From Candidatus Heimdallarchaeota archaeon (GTDB lineage: Archaea > Asgardarchaeota > Heimdallarchaeia > Hodarchaeales > Hodarchaeaceae), in NCBI GenBank assembly GCA_020353515.1, contig CP070695.1, forward strand, positions 2,390,966 to 2,454,965: a DNA stretch of 64,000 nt, read 5' to 3'. Both the position numbers and the translations under genes were made by a program. The notes beneath the pieces are model-generated. The model saw only the letters and a list, made by a program, of their open reading frames with translations. It was not told the DNA's origin and did not search any database. Positions within the stretch are counted from its first letter, which is position 1, and every line of letters starts with the position of its first letter. This document shows positions 19,920 through 30,541 of this stretch, in pieces.

Positions 19920-20582
19920 TTGCATATTGTATATCTGTATGGATTTGCCTCTGGACCTCAATCAAATAAAGCACAATTCTTTAAAAGAAAATTTGCTTTT
20001 TCAAACGTACCCTTCGATATATTTGATTACATTCCAGATAAAGAAAGCTTTACAAGTATGAGGTTGAGTATCTTAACAAATAATCTCCACGAATATATTG
20101 AAATGGAACATTCTGGGGAAAAAGAGCTAATCCTTTTTGGTTCAAGTTTTGGTTGCCTTGTCTCTGCTTGGTATACATACCTACATCCAGATAAAATCAA
20201 AAAGATGATTTTTATGGCACCAGCTTTAGGATTTTCAGCAAGGCGCATTGTAAAATTATTTGAAATTCCTCTTAATCTGTGGAAAAATCGAGGAAACGTC
20301 CCAGTCTTTCATTATAGATATAACCAAGAGATTCCCTTAGCCTATTCCTTCTATAATGATCTATTATCCAATCCCCCCCCAGAAATCAGTAAAATGAGAA
20401 TTCATGTTCCTACTTTGATATTTCATGGGAAATTTGACGATGTGGTACCATTATCTTGGAGTCAACAATTCATAGAAATTAATCCAGAAGCTTCACTTCA
20501 TATTTTGAATGGAGATCACCAGTTATTAAATCAAAAAGAAGACATGTGGAAGATTGTTAAAGATTTTCTCAATAGAGATTGA
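19920..20582 (+). CDS. YqiA/YcfP-like alpha/beta hydrolase (esterase/thioesterase)
   Basis: YLYGFASGPQSNKA, GSSFG, HGKFDDVVP, GDH. Confidence 0.88.
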   Translation: MHIVYLYGFASGPQSNKAQFFKRKFAFSNVPFDIFDYIPDKESFTSMRLSILTNNLHEYIEMEHSGEKELILFGSSFGCLVSAWYTYLHPDKIKKMIFMAPALGFSARRIVKLFEIPLNLWKNRGNVPVFHYRYNQEIPLAYSFYNDLLSNPPPEISKMRIHVPTLIFHGKFDDVVPLSWSQQFIEINPEASLHILNGDHQLLNQKEDMWKIVKDFLNRD

Positions 20583-20967
20583 AGATAATTTCTTCTAAAA
20601 TTTCGCGTAATTTCTTTATTTGTTCTTCCATTTCCTTCCCTTCCTCAGTTATTGCTCTCTGTTTCCATATAAATGAGTTACTCGACAATAATGGCCAAAC
20701 AGAGATGCCAGTATTTTCTTCATCTTGAATTTCTAGAAGTGGTGCAAGTATTCGCTCCAAATGTTGATGGATTTCATTTGAAATACGAATATTTGTAAGT
20801 GGGCAAAAGAAATGATTATTCTGAGGTAGAAGAGGGCGTGCATCTTGTGAAAAACAAAGAGAATCTTTCCCCATCTGAGCAACGCAGCCTGCTTGGAAAT
20901 CACCAACTAAGATGCGAAAAGGGCAAAAAACTCGTTGAGTGATGATTAGTGTCCTCATCACTCTCAA
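20569..20967 (-). CDS. Hypothetical 4-Cys protein, paralog A
   Basis: FCPFR..FQAGCV.Q.G..S.C...D.RPL...CPL shared with the adjacent gene. Confidence 0.7.
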   Translation of the reverse strand: MRVMRTLIITQRVFCPFRILVGDFQAGCVAQMGKDSLCFSQDARPLLPQNNHFFCPLTNIRISNEIHQHLERILAPLLEIQDEENTGISVWPLLSSNSFIWKQRAITEEGKEMEEQIKKLREILEEIIFNLY

Positions 20968-21133
20968 TGTTAATTCTATAATTTTTAAACCTTGTCAAAG
21001 AAAATATCAGTAAGTAGATTAAGTGTTTTAATAAATGCAATTAATATTGATCTCAAGATTTATGGCTATTAAATCATTCTGTTTTTAACATTAAGCAGAT
21101 CTCTGAATTCATAATCGAAAAATCGTGAGTTTT

Positions 21134-21559
21134 TTAAGTAAGATTGAGTACTATTTCTTGTAATTCCTCCCTCACTCTTTTACTGAGATGTGAAATTTCC
21201 TTCCCCTTGTCTGTGACTAATTCCCTTGTTGGAAATGTAATCTTAGAATCACGGCAAAAAATTGGCCATAAATTCATTGTTAACTCATGTTCGTCCTGAA
21301 CTATTAGAATTTGAGACACAATTTGATCAATTTCTTGATATGTTTCTTGTGATAGGCGTAATTTTGTTACTAGAGGACAGGTATAATAATGGTTTTTAGT
21401 GTCGTCTGTTTCACGCTGGATTAATGGTCGCTGATCTCTTGTATAACAGAAAGAATCTCCTAACTGGAGAACGCACCCTGCTTGAAAACCAGGCTTCGCA
21501 ACTCGAAATGGGCAGAATCCTCTTTTTTCAGTTATCATGAACTTTTTCACATCGATCAT
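21134..21559 (-). CDS. Hypothetical 4-Cys protein, paralog B
   Basis: Same motif set as 20569..20967, plus shared QDE...WP and T..GKE. Confidence 0.72.
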   Translation of the reverse strand: MIDVKKFMITEKRGFCPFRVAKPGFQAGCVLQLGDSFCYTRDQRPLIQRETDDTKNHYYTCPLVTKLRLSQETYQEIDQIVSQILIVQDEHELTMNLWPIFCRDSKITFPTRELVTDKGKEISHLSKRVREELQEIVLNLT

Positions 21560-21711
21560 ATTTTTTAAACCTTGCTAATATCCAGTTCTCCACTTGATTA
21601 AGCGAACCTGCTAATGTCAAGTGTTATAATTAAAGCGAGGTTAGGCAATTCTAGGCAATTCACTTAGAAGCGATAGTGTTTTCCTTTGTTTTTCAAGCTT
21701 TTAAAAGCTGA

Positions 21712-22455
21712 TTGGGTATGTTTTCAGAAGAGATTTCGGATGAAGCCCGAAAATGGATAATTTGGTTTTTCTTAAAGACTAATTTGGTCATCTTTGGCTT
21801 TTTTTTCTTATTAAATGCCTTCATATACCAATCATTATTAACCCTGATTATAGCTTCTGCATTGTTGCTAATAGGAGGGATATTAGTCTATCGTGATATT
21901 CAATCTGACCCTTATCAGATACTCAGACTACTAAAGATTCAAATTCTGGTATGGTGGAGATTACGAGGTCCTTTTATACAACGAAAACCTTTTTTCTACC
22001 ATTTTCCTGAAGGCAATCAATTACAACAGCAGGATTTAATATGTTCAATTTCCGTTTCGCAAAAAGAACTGTTGGAGGGAGTTAGTAAGATTATATCTAC
22101 AAAAATAGCTCAAATATGCCCTGAGTGTGGTGGAAAACGAAGTGAGTCAATGACTGTTCAGATTGAGTGTTCTCATTGTCAAAATGGGCGAGTAATGCAT
22201 CCGTTAGGGACAATACTCATCCCAGTTCCCTGTAAAAACTGTCTAGGAGTCGGGTGGACTCCTGTTAAGCCATGTTCTGTCTGTCGAGGGAAAGGAAGTG
22301 TTTGGGGAAAACAGAAGATTCGTGTTCAGATTCCACCCAATTCGTCAGCAGGTACAAAACTTCGTATTCCAGCATTAGGAAGAGTTGATCCAAAAACTCT
22401 CCAACAGGGAGATCTATTTCTTAAACTTAGGAAGAAATTATTTAACATAATTTGA
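21712..22455 (+). CDS. Membrane-anchored DnaJ zinc-finger/C-terminal domain protein lacking a J domain
   Basis: 2 N-terminal TM helices; four CxxCx(G)xG-type repeats; RVQIPP...KLRIPALG...GDLFL; no HPD. Confidence 0.8.
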   Translation: MGMFSEEISDEARKWIIWFFLKTNLVIFGFFFLLNAFIYQSLLTLIIASALLLIGGILVYRDIQSDPYQILRLLKIQILVWWRLRGPFIQRKPFFYHFPEGNQLQQQDLICSISVSQKELLEGVSKIISTKIAQICPECGGKRSESMTVQIECSHCQNGRVMHPLGTILIPVPCKNCLGVGWTPVKPCSVCRGKGSVWGKQKIRVQIPPNSSAGTKLRIPALGRVDPKTLQQGDLFLKLRKKLFNII

Positions 22456-22480
22456 AGTTGAAGATCAAGGAAGAATTAAG

Positions 22481-23668
22481 ATGAATAACATTAATTTAAA
22501 GCAAACTTTGATTAATGAAGCAAAAGAACTCGGAACTTATATAATTGAAAAGAGACGCCATATTCACATGTTCCCTGAAACCTCATACGAAGAGGAAAAA
22601 ACAGCTACCTTCATTGAAGACGAGTTGCATAAAATAGGATACACGACACAACGAACTGCTAAAACAGGTGTACTAGCAATCCTTAAGGGAACTATGGAAG
22701 GGAAAACAGTTGCTCTTCGTGCTGATATTGATGCTTTGAACATTACAGAAGAGAATGATGTTCCATACAAGAGTAAGAATCCTGGAAAGATGCATGCTTG
22801 TGGACACGATGCTCACGTTGCTATGTTATTGGGAGCCGCTAAAATTTTATTTAAATACAAAGATCACTTACAAGGTACAGTTAAACTCGTTTTTCAACCA
22901 GCTGAAGAAGGAGGAGGAGGAGGAAAGAAAATAGCGGAAGAGGGACATGTTGATGATGTTGATGTGATTTTTGGAATTCATGTATGGCATGAACTACCAA
23001 CAGGAGTAATTGGAACACGAAAGGGAGCAATGATGGCATCTGCAGATGACTTTGCAATCACGATCAAAGGAAAAGGTGGACATGCTGCAGCTCCCCATCA
23101 GTCCATTGATCCCACAGCAGTTCTTGCGGATATTTATAACGCTCTCCAGAAACTAATTAGTAGAGAAATTGATCCATTTGCAAACGTTGTTCTTACTTCT
23201 CCAATGTTTGAAGGTAGTGATGCTTTTAATGTTATACCTCCTCAAGCAATGTTAAAGGGCACATTTAGGACAATGGATCCTGAAGTAAGAGATCATATCA
23301 TTAAACGAATGAAAGAAATAGTAGAAGGGTATACTAAAGCTTGGCGTTGTGAGGGGAACGTTGAGTTAGGCATTGTTGCTGCCTATCCTCCTGTATTAAA
23401 TGATCCTCAAACTGTAGATGAACTAACAGAGATCCTTCAGGAATTAGACACTGTCACAACTATGGAGCCTACTATGGGTGGAGAAGACTTTGCTTTCTAT
23501 CTCGAAAAGACCAAAGGGGCTTTCATGGGACTTGGTATTTATAATGAAGAAAAAGGTATAACTTCTCCACACCATCACCCAAAATTCGATGTTGATGAAT
23601 CAATACTATGGAAAGGAACAGCGATTCACGCCCTTTTAGGTTTTTATTCCTCTCTTATTAGCTTTTAA
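22481..23668 (+). CDS. M20D amidohydrolase/carboxypeptidase
   Basis: LRADIDAL, MHACGHDAH, FQPAEEG, GKGGHAAAPH, GGEDF, HHHPKF. Confidence 0.95.
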   Translation: MNNINLKQTLINEAKELGTYIIEKRRHIHMFPETSYEEEKTATFIEDELHKIGYTTQRTAKTGVLAILKGTMEGKTVALRADIDALNITEENDVPYKSKNPGKMHACGHDAHVAMLLGAAKILFKYKDHLQGTVKLVFQPAEEGGGGGKKIAEEGHVDDVDVIFGIHVWHELPTGVIGTRKGAMMASADDFAITIKGKGGHAAAPHQSIDPTAVLADIYNALQKLISREIDPFANVVLTSPMFEGSDAFNVIPPQAMLKGTFRTMDPEVRDHIIKRMKEIVEGYTKAWRCEGNVELGIVAAYPPVLNDPQTVDELTEILQELDTVTTMEPTMGGEDFAFYLEKTKGAFMGLGIYNEEKGITSPHHHPKFDVDESILWKGTAIHALLGFYSSLISF

Positions 23669-23674
23669 TTTTAC

Positions 23675-24535
23675 TTACTCCTTTTTTCTGGTTTCCATTG
23701 TCCAGAAGAAGAGCCAAGCGAAAGAAATAGAGAGGACAACAATTATTCCAAAAAATGTTAATGCATTATTTACATCAATTCCTGTTGCGATACGCTCGTC
23801 CTCAGTCATGAGAAAGAAGTTAGTAATGAAAAATACTCGAAAATAGGTGGAGAATTCTAATATATCTTCAGTAGCGAATCCTAAAAAGACCGAACTAAAA
23901 ATAAAGAAAGGTATTACAAAAAAAACAAATATTGGAAAACCACTACTCAAGCCACTTAAAGATCTAAATTTCATAACCATTGTATTACCTAAAATTGTAA
24001 CTGCGAGAGGGACAAGGGAGACAATAATCAAAATAAGAAAGGCTAATGTAAATTGATCTGGAGAAATTGGTAGATCCTGCTGCCACATGAAAAAGGCTAA
24101 TACACAAGCAATCCAAGTGAACAAACTTGTTACTATTAATACGATTACAGCTGTAGCCGACTTACCTGCAAATAGTTCAAATCTTTTTGTAGATGATAAC
24201 AGGATTTCAATGGCAGATTCATGAAGAAATAATTCCTGAATCACGACTATCGAAACTAGAATATTGATGATATAAGCAAAAGTAACGAAAATTTGTAGAA
24301 CATGACTTGCAAACCATTCATAACCATTCTTGTGCAAATAGATCTCTAATGAAGCAGTTTGCCCAGCATAACTAACATATAACAATGTTGGGACAAAACA
24401 AAACACTAACAAAAATAATATCCGATTTGATAACAAATATCGTTTAGTTTCGTATTTAAAGACAATAAAACAATTTCGGACAGAAAGCCATATTCCAATG
24501 AAAAAATCATTAAGAAACATCCCAAGTTTACCCAT
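23675..24535 (-). CDS. ABC-2 type exporter permease
   Basis: About 6 TM helices; immediately downstream of an ABC ATPase. Confidence 0.75.
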   Translation of the reverse strand: MGKLGMFLNDFFIGIWLSVRNCFIVFKYETKRYLLSNRILFLLVFCFVPTLLYVSYAGQTASLEIYLHKNGYEWFASHVLQIFVTFAYIINILVSIVVIQELFLHESAIEILLSSTKRFELFAGKSATAVIVLIVTSLFTWIACVLAFFMWQQDLPISPDQFTLAFLILIIVSLVPLAVTILGNTMVMKFRSLSGLSSGFPIFVFFVIPFFIFSSVFLGFATEDILEFSTYFRVFFITNFFLMTEDERIATGIDVNNALTFFGIIVVLSISFAWLFFWTMETRKKE

Positions 24536-24537
24536 GA

Positions 24538-25188
24538 TTAGTCCTCTTTTTCAATTGGAAATCGTATCTCCCGAAAATTGGTAAAATGCTCTTTATTGTG
24601 AGAAGCTGCAATTACGATGTTGTTGTTTTCAGTGTACTCTTGCAAGAATCTTTTCAGTTTTGCCCTCATTTCTTGATCTAGGTTATCATATGGTTCATCA
24701 AGTAGTAAAACATTTGGGTCATTCAATAGTGCTGAACACAGTCCTAAACGTTGGCGCATCCCTTCACTATAGACGCTGACATCAATGTCACGCCACTTAG
24801 TTAATCCAAATTCATCTATTAAATTTAATGCTCGATTCTTAGGATCCTTTAATCCCATTAACTTACTAAGATAAAATAAGAAAGTTAACCCAGAGATTCC
24901 ATGATGGAATTTACATTCTTCGGGCATAAATCCCAGTAAATTTAACAAAGCTCGGCTTCTTCTTCTTGTATTATATCCGTAGATTAGAATATTCCCTTGT
25001 GATGGTGTCAACAAAGAAGCAACCATTCGTAACAGAGTTGATTTTCCTGAACCATTGGGTCCTAAGAGTAATACAGAGTCACCTGCAGAGATTGATAGCG
25101 ATAAATCGTCAATTACTTTAATCCTAAGACTTGCTCTCCAAACTCGAAAAACTTTGCTTACATTTTGAATTTGAATTTCTTCACCCAA
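24538..25188 (-). CDS. ABC transporter ATP-binding protein
   Basis: GPNGSGKST, YSEGMRQR, LLLDEP, SH. Confidence 0.93.
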   Translation of the reverse strand: MGEEIQIQNVSKVFRVWRASLRIKVIDDLSLSISAGDSVLLLGPNGSGKSTLLRMVASLLTPSQGNILIYGYNTRRRSRALLNLLGFMPEECKFHHGISGLTFLFYLSKLMGLKDPKNRALNLIDEFGLTKWRDIDVSVYSEGMRQRLGLCSALLNDPNVLLLDEPYDNLDQEMRAKLKRFLQEYTENNNIVIAASHNKEHFTNFREIRFPIEKED

Positions 25189-25222
25189 CGTTTCTAATCA
25201 TCCTAAACTGTGTAAATAAGGA

Positions 25223-26167
25223 TTGTCTCCAAATAGGAAAAGCTTTTTGGAGTTAGCTAAATGTATAAAATTAACATTAAACAATTATCAAATACTGATA
25301 GAAAGAGTTTTTTCATCAAAGCGAATAACAAACATGATGAGACTTAATACTAAACTCCTTTCGTTATTGCTAATTATTCTCTTTTTAACAGTATTCTATC
25401 CGCTTAAAGCAACAATCGCAGTACCAAGAACTGACCAACGATTAGTACCGTTCATTGGAATGGTAGTAGATTATAAACTGAAGGTTAGAATTGATGGGAT
25501 AATCCCAGTTACAGCGAATTGGACGGTCACCTGGGAGCAATATAATAAAACCACACCGAGTGTTTTTATCTCAAATTTAACAGTCCAATCTTTATATATT
25601 ACATTATTCACATTAGGGGTTAGGGATCGGGAGTCAGGAATAATTATTGAAAACATCACATCCCGTCAAGTACTGTATGTCAATCTAACGGACACAACAT
25701 TTCTCCAAATGCTATATAGCACATATTTTTCTCCTGACAAACCCAATTACTCTCCATTTTATATCAATACTACTGAGATAACCATTGGTGATCATATCAA
25801 CGTTTATAGCTTTAATATGACTGTTATTACAGCTAACCGTACACGTGTTGCTGATTTTGGATGGCGAGACGTTTGGATCATCCAAGTAATTGCTAAAGAA
25901 ATCAATGTTGAGCATTTCATCCGATTAATTTATGACAATACTACAGGAGTGCTTGTTGGAGGAAGGATAGAAACGCGTTGGTTCCAAGGGAATGAAACAC
26001 TACGTGATTATAAAGTCGAAATAATTTGTCAATATACAAATGCACTGGAAAGACATCTTATAATAATTGAAACGAATAGAATATTAGTTATTCTTGTGAG
26101 CTGTATCCCAATTATCCCCTCTCTTGCCAAAATCTTGCGAATGAAAGAAATCGAAGGTGGATTATAG
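25223..26167 (+). CDS. Secreted, C-terminally anchored glycoprotein (real start probably MMRLN at about 25334)
   Basis: Signal-like LLSLLLIILFLTVFY, beta-rich body with about 11 N-x-S/T sequons, C-terminal hydrophobic helix. Confidence 0.7.
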   Translation: MSPNRKSFLELAKCIKLTLNNYQILIERVFSSKRITNMMRLNTKLLSLLLIILFLTVFYPLKATIAVPRTDQRLVPFIGMVVDYKLKVRIDGIIPVTANWTVTWEQYNKTTPSVFISNLTVQSLYITLFTLGVRDRESGIIIENITSRQVLYVNLTDTTFLQMLYSTYFSPDKPNYSPFYINTTEITIGDHINVYSFNMTVITANRTRVADFGWRDVWIIQVIAKEINVEHFIRLIYDNTTGVLVGGRIETRWFQGNETLRDYKVEIICQYTNALERHLIIIETNRILVILVSCIPIIPSLAKILRMKEIEGGL

Positions 26168-26184
26168 TTTCTAAGTTATTTTTC

Positions 26185-26436
26185 TTAAGAACTCGCATTC
26201 AAGGAAATGACGGGAGGATTAGAAAAAAATGTATGATTTATTGAGTCTTTGAAACTATCAATTGTGAAATTATTACCAGCTTCATCATGAATAGTAAACT
26301 GAGCTTCAGAAACAAGTACTTCTAATACATCATAAGCCATCGTAGGGTAAAAGGAATTACCTGTAAAAGCACCTAGTGGAATAATCCGATGCTCGTTCTC
26401 TGATGTTTTTCTTTCTAAGTAATAGTAAGAAGGCAT
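26185..26436 (-). CDS. Hypothetical protein
   Basis: 83-aa ORF in an intergenic gap; no motif recognised. Confidence 0.5.
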   Translation of the reverse strand: MPSYYYLERKTSENEHRIIPLGAFTGNSFYPTMAYDVLEVLVSEAQFTIHDEAGNNFTIDSFKDSINHTFFSNPPVISLNASS

Positions 26437-26578
26437 TTTCTATTATCTTCCTTTTGATAAGCTGACATTAATTTCTCTTCAATTTATTAAAGAAAACATC
26501 AGATATTATCTCGAGAATATCAAACGCTAAGTCTGGTTCACATTCTAATTTTTAAGAAAAAAAAAAGGAGAAGTTATG

Positions 26579-28987
26579 TTAATATACCATACGACTATAA
26601 AGCATGTCGGGAAGGGAACTACGCCAAGTTCTCCAAGCAATGAGGCTAGTTGATAACAGTACACAAAGACCAATAATAACAAATAGGAAGACCCACAATT
26701 CTATTGGAACAACTGCTGGAAGATATAAATCAGGGAGAATAAATTCATAAGTTGGCTTTAACAAAACAATACTAAGAGGAACTCCAATGAAAAATCCAAT
26801 AATGCCATAAATTAGGTTCTCAATGAAAATCAGTTTTAATATAGTTCTCCGTTCTGACCCCATTGCTCGTAAAGCGAGAAATTCCATTTCACGTTCCATC
26901 ATAGCAAGAGACATGCTCGAAAATGTAAATAGAACGAGCGTAGCTAGACCTAGTAGGGCCACAAGCATTAAGATTTGCAAAAAAATACTTAGTAATTCCA
27001 TGATTGTTTGTTTGGCCTCATTACTATCAATGTACGCATAAGAACCGAATCTCTCTTGAATGAGCTTTTTTACCTCAGTTTTACTCGCTTTCGATATTGA
27101 TTCTTCAAAATCAAATACGAAAGCTGTCACATTTTCCATGAGCCCAATTTGTTGAACATCCGTAAAATGGTTTTGAATTCCTTCAATAGTCCAAAGTATA
27201 GTATTTTCTGCTATTTCACCAGTTACTCCGGCTATTTCTACACTAATATTAGATCGTAGATCAAAACTTAAGGAAATCTCATCTCCTGACTTTTTCTCTA
27301 ATTCTGTTGCTAAATTATTTCCTAAAAGGATTTTATCCTTATTGATTACTTTTGTACCCGATATAACATTATAGTCTCTTAACGAAGAATTTTGATGAAA
27401 AGCTTGCAAAGGAATCCGTCGATTCCCAATCCAAACAGATGTATATACAAAACCTTCTACATCAGAGATCTCCGGAATATTCTGTTGAACCCATTTTTTA
27501 ATATCCTTTTCAGCTTCTGGTTTTACTAAGAGTACTTTAACATCATATTTTTCATAGAAAGTATAATTTTGATCCAATGCATATACATAATCGTAGAATA
27601 AGCTTGAAGAGACAACCAAAATTACCATGGAAGCTGCGACCACAATCGCGGTCGAAAAAGACCGTCGCTTATTCATAAAAACGGATCTAAGTGGTATTTT
27701 GGAGACCAATCTCCTAAAAATTCTAAATTTAAGAAAAATTCGTTCCAGTAATGGTTCTCTACCAAGTTCACTCGTAGAATATGGAGCTCGCAACGCTTCA
27801 TGAGGAGTTAATTGTAGTATCGGAAGAGTAGCTAATATAGAAAAAATTAGGACTAATATTAATGCTAAAAGAGTTATTCCAATCCAATTGATGGGATTAG
27901 AAGAAATTACAATTACTGTTAATCCGAAGACATTAATTCCAATATTTACCAACAAAAATGTGGTTAATGCTGCTCCAATCCACCCAAGAATTATCCCAAT
28001 TAAACCTAAGATCAAACCAAATCCTGTGTAATGATTTAGGATTGTCTGATTTTTTGCACCTAATGCTCCATATAATCCAATATGGCTACGTTGTGCCATT
28101 ATTAGCTTACTTAAGGAATTATATATTGCAAGTGACCCCACGATTAGAGCAAAAAGTCCAAAAACGAATCCAATCTTCTCCATTGCATCAGTTCGCAGCT
28201 CTAACCAACCACGTTCCATTGATTCGTCCCAATAAATCACATTTTGAATTTTATTTTCGCCTAAAACAGGAGAAAGGGCTTGATCCGCCTTTTGGTTTGC
28301 ATGGTTTGACCTTTCTTGAGTTTTAACTAAGATTTCATTAATTCCAGTTAAATTAAACTTCTCATGTAGCATTTCAAGAGGCATATAGATAATACATAAA
28401 TCTCCCAACGTTATAACATTCGTCTGTTCATCTACAACAAAAATATACTCACTATCAGCAACAAATCCTGCTATTGACACATTTACCATTGAATTTCTAA
28501 AAAGAATTGAAAGATCGTCATTTAATTTTGCTCGAGCACCTAGAGGGAGAATGTTCCCAAAATGCTGTTCTACCAACACTTGATCATTAGATAGTTTATC
28601 ACTCCCAGTCCGAAGCTTTAACTTATTGATCTCAGTTTTTTTAAAATCTACGCCAATCAAATAGGCTTTATGGATCTTATTGTTGTGAATTACAGTAGAA
28701 TATTCAAAAATTCGTCCTTCCAATTCAGTTATCCCTGCTGTCTCCCTTTCAGACTCACTGAGAAGTGAAGATATTTCGTTTTCAGGCACATATTCCGTTA
28801 GTCGAATTCTTAAATCAGCATTGTTGAATTGACGATTAGTTTCTGCTACTGATTCCATAGCAGAGTCTTTTAAGTTAATTAAACCTAGTCCTAATGTAAG
28901 GGCAAGAAAAACTGCTAAGATAATCATACTAGAGCGGAATTTATTGAATCTAATCTCCCGAAAAATCTTCTTAGTAAGAATTTTCAA
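26579..28987 (-). CDS. FtsX/MacB-like ABC permease (two-repeat, about 800 aa)
   Basis: QRSHIGLYGALG and EREMEFLALRAMG motifs; two extracellular domains. Confidence 0.9.
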   Translation of the reverse strand: MKILTKKIFREIRFNKFRSSMIILAVFLALTLGLGLINLKDSAMESVAETNRQFNNADLRIRLTEYVPENEISSLLSESERETAGITELEGRIFEYSTVIHNNKIHKAYLIGVDFKKTEINKLKLRTGSDKLSNDQVLVEQHFGNILPLGARAKLNDDLSILFRNSMVNVSIAGFVADSEYIFVVDEQTNVITLGDLCIIYMPLEMLHEKFNLTGINEILVKTQERSNHANQKADQALSPVLGENKIQNVIYWDESMERGWLELRTDAMEKIGFVFGLFALIVGSLAIYNSLSKLIMAQRSHIGLYGALGAKNQTILNHYTGFGLILGLIGIILGWIGAALTTFLLVNIGINVFGLTVIVISSNPINWIGITLLALILVLIFSILATLPILQLTPHEALRAPYSTSELGREPLLERIFLKFRIFRRLVSKIPLRSVFMNKRRSFSTAIVVAASMVILVVSSSLFYDYVYALDQNYTFYEKYDVKVLLVKPEAEKDIKKWVQQNIPEISDVEGFVYTSVWIGNRRIPLQAFHQNSSLRDYNVISGTKVINKDKILLGNNLATELEKKSGDEISLSFDLRSNISVEIAGVTGEIAENTILWTIEGIQNHFTDVQQIGLMENVTAFVFDFEESISKASKTEVKKLIQERFGSYAYIDSNEAKQTIMELLSIFLQILMLVALLGLATLVLFTFSSMSLAMMEREMEFLALRAMGSERRTILKLIFIENLIYGIIGFFIGVPLSIVLLKPTYEFILPDLYLPAVVPIELWVFLFVIIGLCVLLSTSLIAWRTWRSSLPDMLYSRMVY

Positions 28988-29005
28988 TTGTTTCTCACCT
29001 CTACT

Positions 29006-29710
29006 TTAATTTACAGATGAATGATCTTCGACGGATTCAATTTGTCCATCTTGAAGATGAAATACCCGTTTCGCTTTTTTGGTGATACTTATATCATGAG
29101 AAACAACAATATAAGTCCCCCCGAACTCTTCATTAAGGTTCTTCATAAGATCAGCAATTTTCTGTCCTGTATTATAATCCAAATTCCCAGTTGGTTCGTC
29201 AGCAACAATAATTTCTGGATTTTTCACAAGTGCACGTGCGATGGCCACTCGCTGTTGTTCTCCCCCTGATAGTTGGCTGGGAAAACGCTTAGTTTTATCT
29301 CCAAGACCAACAGCAGTTAGCATCTCAAATGCTCGTTTTTTGATATTTTTTCGATCCCCCTTAAACTCAAGTGCCAAAGCAACATTCTCCCATGCTCGAA
29401 GAGAAGGAATGAGATTGAAGAATTGAAAAATCCAACCAACGCTATTTCTACGATATTCACCTAGCTGTCCAGCCCGCCATTGGGTAATTTCTTCTCCCTT
29501 GATCTTTATACTCCCCTTAGTCGGGGAATCAATCCCCCCGATCTGATTAAGCAATGTAGTTTTACCGGATCCAGATGGTCCAAGCACGACAACAAATTCC
29601 CCTTCATACACTTCCATAGAAATACCACGTAAAGCATAGACAATATGGTCACCTAGTGTGAATTCACGATGCAGATTCTTAACAATAACCATAGGTTCTT
29701 TCGTTGCCAT
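29006..29710 (-). CDS. LolD/MacB-type ABC ATPase
   Basis: [33 protein letters not shown]. Confidence 0.95.
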   Translation of the reverse strand: MATKEPMVIVKNLHREFTLGDHIVYALRGISMEVYEGEFVVVLGPSGSGKTTLLNQIGGIDSPTKGSIKIKGEEITQWRAGQLGEYRRNSVGWIFQFFNLIPSLRAWENVALALEFKGDRKNIKKRAFEMLTAVGLGDKTKRFPSQLSGGEQQRVAIARALVKNPEIIVADEPTGNLDYNTGQKIADLMKNLNEEFGGTYIVVSHDISITKKAKRVFHLQDGQIESVEDHSSVN

Positions 29711-29793
29711 TTTAAAATCTCTATTTTTCTTTTTTTTACATATTAGCTGATTTTTTTTTTCTATGATAATATTAAACTTTCAATCCAAATAGA

Positions 29794-30498
29794 TTGTGCT
29801 GTATATATCAGGGACTTTATAAGGGATCGATAGAAGAAAGCCACATGCGAAAAGTAACCATCCATTTAAGTCCTAAATTTTTATTTGAGTTCATTCCTAA
29901 TGAATTCTTTAAGACTTGTGAGCGCGTAGAAGGAAAAGCAATACTAAAATATGATTTAGGGAAGGGGGTTAAAATAGTCGTTAGTGAAATTCACATGAAA
30001 CCTGGGTTCATGATTAAAGATATGAAAATCCCTCCTGCATTAACTTTACTTGATGTATTAGAAAAAAAAAGAAACAAATATGTATGCTTAGTCAAAGTTG
30101 AATATTCAGATGAAAAGCTTGAATTTATCAAGTTGTTTGATCTTAAGAATATCATTTTTGACCTCCCTGCATCTCTATCTGAGGATAAGTTATCATTTTC
30201 ATTTATTGGCGATACGGAAACAATAAAGGAATTATTGAAACTCATTGAGTCATTAGGGCCTATTACAATAGATTCTGTTCAGAAATATCCCTTATCTGAA
30301 CTGAATATTTTCTCACCTTTAACTGAACGACAACAAGAAATTATTACTCTAGCTAAACAGACTGGATATTATGAAATCCCAAGAAAAATTAGTACTGAAG
30401 AGTTATCAAATAAATTAGGTATATCAAAATCAACCCTAACAGAACATCTGAGAAAGGCTGAAAATAGAATAGTTTCATCTCTTTTCAAGGGAATCTAG
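29794..30498 (+). CDS. Bat/HTH-10 family transcription regulator (start probably MRKV at about 29845)
   Basis: LTERQQEII..A...GYYEIPRKI...ELS..LGISKSTLTEHLRKAE. Confidence 0.9.
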   Translation: MCCIYQGLYKGSIEESHMRKVTIHLSPKFLFEFIPNEFFKTCERVEGKAILKYDLGKGVKIVVSEIHMKPGFMIKDMKIPPALTLLDVLEKKRNKYVCLVKVEYSDEKLEFIKLFDLKNIIFDLPASLSEDKLSFSFIGDTETIKELLKLIESLGPITIDSVQKYPLSELNIFSPLTERQQEIITLAKQTGYYEIPRKISTEELSNKLGISKSTLTEHLRKAENRIVSSLFKGI

Positions 30499-30541
30499 AT
30501 GACCAATGACTTAGAGAAAGGGATTAAAGAATATCTCTCAT

